From NCBI GenBank assembly GCA_035693465.1, contig DASSGM010000191.1, positions 1 through 44,339 on the forward strand: a stretch of DNA of 44,339 bases, written 5' to 3'. The DNA comes from Bradyrhizobium sp. GTDB lineage: Bacteria; Pseudomonadota; Alphaproteobacteria; Rhizobiales; Xanthobacteraceae. Below, in pieces: positions 36,677 through 44,339 of the stretch. Under the pieces are notes generated by a model. It made no database searches, was not told the origin of the DNA, and saw only the letters and a list, made by a program, of their open reading frames with translations. Position 1 is the first letter of the stretch; the number at the start of each line of letters is the position of its first letter. Both the position numbers and the translations under genes were made by a program.

Positions 36677-38062
36677 ATGGCGGTCATCACTTCGGATACA
36701 CCCATTGCTGATATGCAGCAGACTTATCCTCCGCGCTCAGCCGTTATCAGCTGGATTTTCTTCGATTGGGCGGCGCAGCCTTATTTCACGCTGATCACCA
36801 CCTTCGTGTTCGCGCCCTATTTCGCCACCCATGTGGCGTCCGATCCCGCGAGCGGACAGGCGCTGTGGGGTTTTGCGACCGCAGCTGCGGGATTGGTGAT
36901 CGCGGCGATGTCGCCGGTGCTGGGGGCGATTGCGGATGCGAGCGGCCGCCGCAAGCCGTGGATCGCGGCGTTCGGCGCGCTGCTGGTGACCGGCTCTTGC
37001 CTGATGTGGTTCGGCAAGCCCGGCGATGTCAGCGTGATTCCACCGCTGCTGCTGGCCTATGGGATAGCGACCGTTGGCGTCGAATTCGCCACCGTCTTCA
37101 ATAATGCGATGATGCCGACGCTGGTGCCGCCGGACCGGATCGGGCGACTGTCCGGTACCGGCTGGGCCACCGGCTATGTCGGCGGAATTCTGAGTCTCGT
37201 CCTGGTGCTTGGCTTTCTCGCCGCCAGCCCCCAGACCGGGCGCACGCTGTTCGGAATCATGCCGCTGTTCGGCCTCGATCCCGTCACCCATCAGGGCGAC
37301 CGCATCACCGGGCCACTGACTGGGCTCTGGTTCATCGTCTTCGTGCTGCCGATGTTCCTGCTGACGCCGGACTATCCGGCAAAACGCGGGGTGAGCGAAG
37401 CGCTGCGCGAGGGGTTGGCGGACCTGCGGCAAACGCTTTCCGAATTGCCGAAGCGGAAATCGCTTGCCGCGTTTCTGCTCGCCAACATGATCTACACCGA
37501 TGGCCTGGTGTCGCTGTTCGCGTTCGGCGGCATCTACGCCGCCGGCACCTTCAACTGGAGCACAATTCAGATCGGGAGCTTCGGTATCATCCTGGCCATC
37601 GCCGGCACGTTCGGCGCCTGGCTCGGCGGCAAGCTCGACGACCGACTCGGACCGAAACGCGTGATTGCCGGCAGCATGATGATCCTGCTGTCGTCGATCG
37701 TTGCGATCCTGCTCGTGGACAAGGATTCGATTCTGTTCGTCAAGGTCGCAGCGCCAATGCCGGGCGCTGCGCTGTTTTCCGGTGCGGCGGAGCGCGCTTA
37801 TCTTTTGCTCGGATGCCTGATCGGCGCCGCCGGCGGCCCGCTGCAGGCGGCGTCACGGACGCTTCTGATACGGCTGGCGCCGCCAGACCGCATCGCCCAG
37901 TTTTTCGGACTGTTCGCGCTGACCGGCAAGGTCACCTCCTTTGTCGGGCCGCTGCTGATCGGCGCGATCACCGCAATCACCGCAAGCCAGAAGGCGGGCA
38001 TGGCGGTGCTGGTGGTGTTCTTCGTGGTGGGACTGGCGCTACTGGCGCGGGTGCGGGACTGA
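36677..38062 (+). CDS. MFS transporter (UMF1/Atg22-like)
   Basis: SWIFFDWA, SPVLGAIAD..GRRK, GRLSGTGWATGY, QAASR and FFGLFALTGK. About 12 TM segments. ATG 36677. Confidence 0.9.
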   Translation: MAVITSDTPIADMQQTYPPRSAVISWIFFDWAAQPYFTLITTFVFAPYFATHVASDPASGQALWGFATAAAGLVIAAMSPVLGAIADASGRRKPWIAAFGALLVTGSCLMWFGKPGDVSVIPPLLLAYGIATVGVEFATVFNNAMMPTLVPPDRIGRLSGTGWATGYVGGILSLVLVLGFLAASPQTGRTLFGIMPLFGLDPVTHQGDRITGPLTGLWFIVFVLPMFLLTPDYPAKRGVSEALREGLADLRQTLSELPKRKSLAAFLLANMIYTDGLVSLFAFGGIYAAGTFNWSTIQIGSFGIILAIAGTFGAWLGGKLDDRLGPKRVIAGSMMILLSSIVAILLVDKDSILFVKVAAPMPGAALFSGAAERAYLLLGCLIGAAGGPLQAASRTLLIRLAPPDRIAQFFGLFALTGKVTSFVGPLLIGAITAITASQKAGMAVLVVFFVVGLALLARVRD

Positions 38063-38067
38063 TCAAC

Positions 38068-38161
38068 CGTCATTCCGGGGCATCGCGAAGCGATGAACCC
38101 GGAATCTGGAGATGATACGGCGCGAGATTCCGGGTTCACGTTTGCGCGCGCCGGAATGACG
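38068..38161. repeat. REP-like element (CGTCATTCCGG family) between convergent genes
   Basis: CGTCATTCCGG ... CCGGAATGACG terminal inverted repeat, with inner GAACCCGGAATCT/AGATTCCGGGTTC. Confidence 0.88.
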
Positions 38162-38167
38162 ACTCGG

Positions 38168-39760
<1,593 letters not shown>

Positions 39761-39861
39761 GGTTTGGTCCTAAATGGCAAGGACCGCCGCGTAGCATGGT
39801 TTTATCAGCCACGAAACTGGCGCTGGCGTGGAAATCTCCTTCCGCAGGGGAACGCGACTCG

Positions 39862-41619
39862 CTACAGCGGCAATTCCGGCTCGCGGCGCGCATTGCGTTT
39901 GGCCGCGGTCGCCGAGGGCGAAGTCGTCGAGCGCACAAAGCTCCAGCGAATCGAGGGAGCGTGCCGCGCATCCTGCCGAATCACGATCTGGGCGGTCCGG
40001 CGTGGGCCGTCATTTCCGGCCAGGAAGACGCTGTCTTCCAGTTCGACCTTGTCGTCGAGCGCCTCGAAGGTCCAGACATCGCGGTTCGGCAGCACCAGCA
40101 TCACCCCGCGCGCGTCGCTGAGCCGGCTCGCCTTCACCGACGGGTGCAGATGAAACCGTAGCGCATAGTCGGTCTCGGTTCCCTTGATCCGGGCGCCCGG
40201 AGCCGGCGATACGGTGTCCTCGCCGTCGAGCCTGGAACCGTCGTGCGCGACCATCAGCAGCCGGCGATGCATTACCCCGAAGCGCGAAAGGTAGCCGTCG
40301 TGCGATGTGGTCAGCAGCACGCCATTGGCGACCACTTCACGATAGCTTTCCACATTGGCCGGGCCGCTGACCACTGGCGCACCCTGCAGAAACCGCTTCA
40401 TCGCCGAGAGCTCGACGAACTGGCATGACGAGGTATCGTGATAGGTCAGCGTTGAATGCGCCGCGGTGCCGCGCGCAAAGCTGCGCCAGTTGTCGCGGCC
40501 GGTGGTGGGCATGCCGCAATTGATGACGATCCGGCTTGGTCCGGACGACAATTCAAACGAGAGACAGCCGGCATGGGCGTAGCGACTGACGTTCGCCGGC
40601 GGCGGCGGCCCGGTATCCATGATCACGGTCATCGCGCCGGCATCGAGCCGCTGGAAGCCGGTATGCGGCATGTTCGCCATCGGCGCGCCGTGGGTATCGT
40701 CATAGGCGAGCAGGGTCGCCAGCAAATCGGATGGCGCGCTGCTCATGCCGTTGAACATCGCGAAGCTGCCATCGCCGTGACGGAAGAAGCGCAGCATTGG
40801 CATCATGCGGTCGATCGCGTTCAACAGCGCCGGCGGCGGGGCGATGTTGCGCGCGGCAAAGGTTTGCCGCAGCGGCAACAGGTCGATCAATAACTCGATC
40901 AGCGCGCCGGGATTGCGCGAGATGTGCCCGCCATCGGGCAATATCTGCCGCTGCAGTTCGTCGGAGAGTTTGCGCGTCGCGGTGCGGATGTGGCGTGACT
41001 GGTTGGCGAGGCAGAGCGAGGCGTAGCAAAGCGCGATCAAGACCTGCAGCCGCGGCACGCCGTCGGGAATATCCAGCATGGTGTAGCGCAAATAGCGGAT
41101 TTCACGGGTCAGTCCGCGCAAATAGCGCCGGTAGAATTTGCCGTCGGTATCGCCGAGCACCAAGGGAGCCTGCGACAGCAGCGAGATCACGCGGCGCGCC
41201 AGCACATCGGCGCGGCGGCCGACCGCCCGCCGCTTCTGCGTCGGATTTGAGATCCAGTCGTCGACCAGCGAGCGGGCGTTGGCGCGGGTCAGCGCGGTAT
41301 CGGCGGCGCGCAGATGCCGCAGCCAGCCGAAGCCGAGCAGCGCCACCTCCCAATCTTCCGATGGCGGCTCGAGATCGAAGATCGAGCGCCCGTGGCAGGT
41401 CACGATCTTGCCGGCGAACACGAAGCGGCCGGCATAGATTTCGGCCGCACGGGTGGCGTCCGCGGTGCGCAGATCGTGCGGGGCGATGATCAGCCGATCG
41501 GTGCGGCCTGGCCACAGCCGCGACAGCGCCACCGAGCCGCCGCTTGCGCGCGCGATCAGGTTCCGCGCGAAGCGGCCCATGATCAGCGTCGAGATGCGTC
41601 TGCGTTGAGCGACCGACAC
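39862..41619 (-). CDS. Heparinase II/III-like family protein
   Basis: QILPDGGHISRNP, FRHGDGSFAMFNG, HAGCLSFE, RGTAAHST and HDGY. Lies between rsmB and purH. Confidence 0.88.
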   Translation of the reverse strand: MSVAQRRRISTLIMGRFARNLIARASGGSVALSRLWPGRTDRLIIAPHDLRTADATRAAEIYAGRFVFAGKIVTCHGRSIFDLEPPSEDWEVALLGFGWLRHLRAADTALTRANARSLVDDWISNPTQKRRAVGRRADVLARRVISLLSQAPLVLGDTDGKFYRRYLRGLTREIRYLRYTMLDIPDGVPRLQVLIALCYASLCLANQSRHIRTATRKLSDELQRQILPDGGHISRNPGALIELLIDLLPLRQTFAARNIAPPPALLNAIDRMMPMLRFFRHGDGSFAMFNGMSSAPSDLLATLLAYDDTHGAPMANMPHTGFQRLDAGAMTVIMDTGPPPPANVSRYAHAGCLSFELSSGPSRIVINCGMPTTGRDNWRSFARGTAAHSTLTYHDTSSCQFVELSAMKRFLQGAPVVSGPANVESYREVVANGVLLTTSHDGYLSRFGVMHRRLLMVAHDGSRLDGEDTVSPAPGARIKGTETDYALRFHLHPSVKASRLSDARGVMLVLPNRDVWTFEALDDKVELEDSVFLAGNDGPRRTAQIVIRQDARHAPSIRWSFVRSTTSPSATAAKRNARREPELPL

Positions 41620-41735
41620 GCCCTACCTTGGCTGGGAGAATTTTCTGCGAATCCTTTTTAATCCGGAAACGCGGCCAAGACACCATCTTGAAAACGGGCG
41701 AATCAGCGCCGCCAGGACGAAAACCTAATGCAATA

Positions 41736-43088
41736 TCAGGATTTAACCAGCCGCGCCGCGTAAAAGCCGTCGAGCCCGCTCAAGCGGGGGTCGGGATGCG
41801 GCAGGTGGCAGGGCAGCGTCCTCAGGTCGCCTTCGGCGGTCAGGACCTCGGCGAGGCCTGCGACCTCGCCGGGGCCGATCGGCGCGCGGCGCACCGCCGG
41901 TTCGGCGGCCAGGAGGGCAGCGATGGCGTGCTCGCCCTCCTCCGGTTCCAGCGAACAGGTACAAAAGACCAGCGTCCCACCCGGCCGGACCAGCTCGATC
42001 GCCTTTTGCAGCAAGCGTTTCTGCAGCGCCGTGAATGCGGCGATATCCGCTTCCTGACGCAGCCAGGCAACATCTGGGTGGCGGCGGATGGTGCCGGTCG
42101 AGGTGCAGGGGGCGTCAACCAATATGCCGTCGAAGCCGCCTTTGCTGTTTCCGCCCTGCCACTCGGTGGCATCGGTCACCACGGTGTCCACCTTCAGCGC
42201 CAGCCGCGCGAGATTGTCGCGCAACCGCGCCATGCGATGGGCCGAGCGGTCCACCGCGGTGACGCGCGCGCCGGCCTGCGCAAGTTGTGCGGTCTTGCCC
42301 CCGGGCGCGGCGCAGAGATCGACGATCCTCTTGCCGGCGACGTCGCCGAACAAGCGCGCCGGCAGCGCGGCGGCGGCGTCCTGCACCCACCATTTACCGT
42401 CGGAAAAGCCCGGCAGCATGGTCACCGGGCCCTGCAGCAGCGTGCGCACCGACCCGGTAGGGAGCGTTTCACCGTGCAGGCGGCTCGCCCATTGCGGGGC
42501 ATCGGACTTCACGGTGATATCGAGCGACGGTTCGTGGCCGATCGCGTTGGCAATATCCCGTGCAACGCTCTCGCCGTAGTGGGCGATCCAGCGCCTCAAG
42601 AGCCACTCGGGAATATCGAGCGTCTGCGACCGCACCTCCTCGATCAGCGGTTTTCCCTCGCGGGCGCAACGGCGCAGCACCGCATTGACGAGCCCGGCAT
42701 ATTTCGCAGCCCGCCGATCCGACTGAACCAGCCGGACCGACAAATCGACCGCGGCGTGATCGGGGACATCCATCCAGAGAATCTGCGCGGCGCCGATCAA
42801 GAGCGCGCTCTGCGCGCGCGGCGCATCAGTGGGGATACCGCGATCGAGCAGCCGCGACAGCACGTGACCCAGCGTGCCGAGCCGCCGCAGGATCGTGGCC
42901 ACCAGCCGGCGCATCAAGGCGCGATCGCGATCGGGGAGCGCCTTTAGTCCGGGATGCGCGCCGGCGCCCTCGAGTTGCTCGTCCAGCGTCCGGTGCTTGT
43001 GCAGCACGCCGTCGAGGATGTCGGCTGCGATCCGCCGCGCCGTGAGCCCGGGCACCTCGGATGGCAGCGCGAATCTTTGAGGAGGCAT
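41736..43088 (-). CDS. rsmB: RsmB/NOP-family m5C RNA methyltransferase with NusB-like N-terminus
   Basis: VNAVLR, VQDAAA, DLCAAPGGKT, DAPCTSTG and TCSLEPEEGE. ATG 43088. Confidence 0.93.
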   Translation of the reverse strand: MPPQRFALPSEVPGLTARRIAADILDGVLHKHRTLDEQLEGAGAHPGLKALPDRDRALMRRLVATILRRLGTLGHVLSRLLDRGIPTDAPRAQSALLIGAAQILWMDVPDHAAVDLSVRLVQSDRRAAKYAGLVNAVLRRCAREGKPLIEEVRSQTLDIPEWLLRRWIAHYGESVARDIANAIGHEPSLDITVKSDAPQWASRLHGETLPTGSVRTLLQGPVTMLPGFSDGKWWVQDAAAALPARLFGDVAGKRIVDLCAAPGGKTAQLAQAGARVTAVDRSAHRMARLRDNLARLALKVDTVVTDATEWQGGNSKGGFDGILVDAPCTSTGTIRRHPDVAWLRQEADIAAFTALQKRLLQKAIELVRPGGTLVFCTCSLEPEEGEHAIAALLAAEPAVRRAPIGPGEVAGLAEVLTAEGDLRTLPCHLPHPDPRLSGLDGFYAARLVKS

Positions 43089-43275
43089 GGAGCAGAAACA
43101 TCTCGCAAGATCGGACAGCGACTGGCGTTTGACGCTCATGCCATCGAAAGGAAAAACGTCTGTGCCATGCGATTATGCCAAATGTAAGAATCGCGCTGGC
43201 GATTTCGTGGTCGCCGTACCATCTGTACGTCGAAGCCCTGAATTGCGCGGGCCAGTCCCGCGGCCGGAATTTGCA

Positions 43276-43494
43276 ATGACTGACGATCCTTCACCGCCCG
43301 CCATGGCCGTATCTTCGCCGGAGCGCAAGCAGCTCACGCCGGCGGCAAAGCGCGCGTTGGCCGAGGCCGAAGCGCGCAGGAAAGCCGCGGAGGCAAACGC
43401 CAGGCCTGTGGCAATGGAGTTTCAGGGCCCGAAGGGACCGGAACCGACCCGCTATGGCGACTGGGAGAACAAAGGCATCGCGTCGGATTTTTGA
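43276..43494 (+). CDS. DUF1674 (SDHAF4-like) protein
   Basis: LTPAAKRALAEAEARR and GPKGPEPTRYGDWENKGIASDF. Confidence 0.9.
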   Translation: MTDDPSPPAMAVSSPERKQLTPAAKRALAEAEARRKAAEANARPVAMEFQGPKGPEPTRYGDWENKGIASDF

Positions 43495-43498
43495 GCGC

Positions 43499-43528
43499 AA
43501 ACAAAAAGCCGCGCATCGGCGCGGCTCT
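43499..43528 (-). terminator. Probable intrinsic terminator between convergent genes
   Basis: AGCCGCGC-ATCG-GCGCGGCT hairpin, with an A-run on the left that reads as a U-tract on the minus strand. Confidence 0.6.
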
Positions 43529-43555
43529 GTGCGTTTCGGAATCTGAACAAGTGGA

Positions 43556-44068
43556 TTAGCGCACCACCACCGTGGTGCCAACGGAGACGCGTCCGAACAG
43601 GTCGCTGATATCCGAATTCAACATGCGGATGCAGCCATACGAGACGAAACCGCCGATCGAACCCGGCGAATTGGTACCGTGGATCGCGTATTCTCCACCC
43701 GCCAGCGTCATCGCGGCGACGCCCATCGGATTGCGCGGCGACCCGCCGGGAATGACAGCCGGCATGAAAGGCTTGTCACGCCTCACTTCACTTGGCGGCG
43801 ACCAGGCCGGGTTGCGATACTTGCCGTCGATCTGGGTGGTGCCGGCCCATTGCTTGCCGGCCCTGCCGACGCCAACCGGGTAGCGCACGGCGTGGTTCTG
43901 ATCGACCACAAGGTAGAGCCGGCGCTCATTGGTCTTGATCACGATGGTTCCAGGCGAATAGTCGCCCCGGAAACCGACCACATCCGGCCGCGCCTCGGCC
44001 TGTGTCGCACCAAAAAATATGCCGACCCCGATGGTGGCCGCCAGCGCCACCGCGATCCTCATGGACAT
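43556..44068 (-). CDS. L,D-transpeptidase (ErfK/YbiS/YkuD family)
   Basis: Signal peptide, PGTIVI..ERRLY, YPVGVGR, NPMG and YAIHGTN.PGSIGGFVSYGCIRM. ATG 44068 after GGAG. Confidence 0.93.
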   Translation of the reverse strand: MSMRIAVALAATIGVGIFFGATQAEARPDVVGFRGDYSPGTIVIKTNERRLYLVVDQNHAVRYPVGVGRAGKQWAGTTQIDGKYRNPAWSPPSEVRRDKPFMPAVIPGGSPRNPMGVAAMTLAGGEYAIHGTNSPGSIGGFVSYGCIRMLNSDISDLFGRVSVGTTVVVR

Positions 44069-44339
44069 CACTCTCTCCGTTTTCGCTCCCGTTACCCCCG
44101 CCGGGGTCGTCAAATTTCTCGCAAAAACCCTCGAAACGCCGGTTTGCCACGCATTTTTAGCCGCTCGCGCTAACCGACAGGTTTCCGCGAGCCGCGTGAC
44201 CACTCCGGCTGAGGCGATAGAATGAAAATGTTGGAAACAAAGTAAATGTCCTGAAAACAACACTCGCCAAAAAAACGTATCGCCGCGGCAGTGTGCCGCT
44301 GACGATTACGTGAGTGGTTAGGGGGAAGGGCGGGTGAGT

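Noticed and set aside
39761-39861. ZTP (pfl) riboswitch upstream of purH
   Set aside because: The 100-bp gap lacks the conserved GACTGGCG / CGCCTGGGC pseudoknot elements as far as I can read. An Infernal search against Rfam would settle it.
44069-44339. Partly AT-rich region and G-rich tail at the right edge; 65-aa extension of the L,D-transpeptidase ORF
   Set aside because: It reads as promoter/intergenic DNA truncated by the window edge. No supportable RNA or coding feature.

Overview
This is a GC-rich chromosomal segment of an alphaproteobacterium, most likely Bradyrhizobiaceae (inferred from protein sequences, gene order and intergenic repeat types). It is mostly core genes: leuS (truncated at the left edge), yggS, cenR-like response regulator, xth-lolA-ftsK-aminotransferase, amtB, two glnK paralogues, tesB, a UbiH-family hydroxylase, trm112, LON-N, cnoX, tRNA-Gly(GCC), panE, ggt, purH, rsmB and two L,D-transpeptidases. 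Many palindromic REP/MITE-like elements lie between genes. I saw no integrase, transposase, prophage or CRISPR array. Five things stand out. (1) A ~5 kb insert between LON-N and trm112 carries a three-gene putative iron-uptake operon (unannotated outer-membrane beta-barrel-like protein, His/Cys-free cupredoxin, FTR1 permease) behind tandem Irr-box-like sites. (2) A frameshifted relic of a second amtB, absent from the ORF track, lies behind the now orphan glnK. (3) DUF2239 looks like a ribbon-helix-helix regulator with two palindromic operators over a near-consensus promoter. (4) A small secreted six-cysteine orphan protein sits between two REP relics. (5) One L,D-transpeptidase has a conserved N-terminus with no canonical start codon. 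All family calls come from motif recognition, not database searches.
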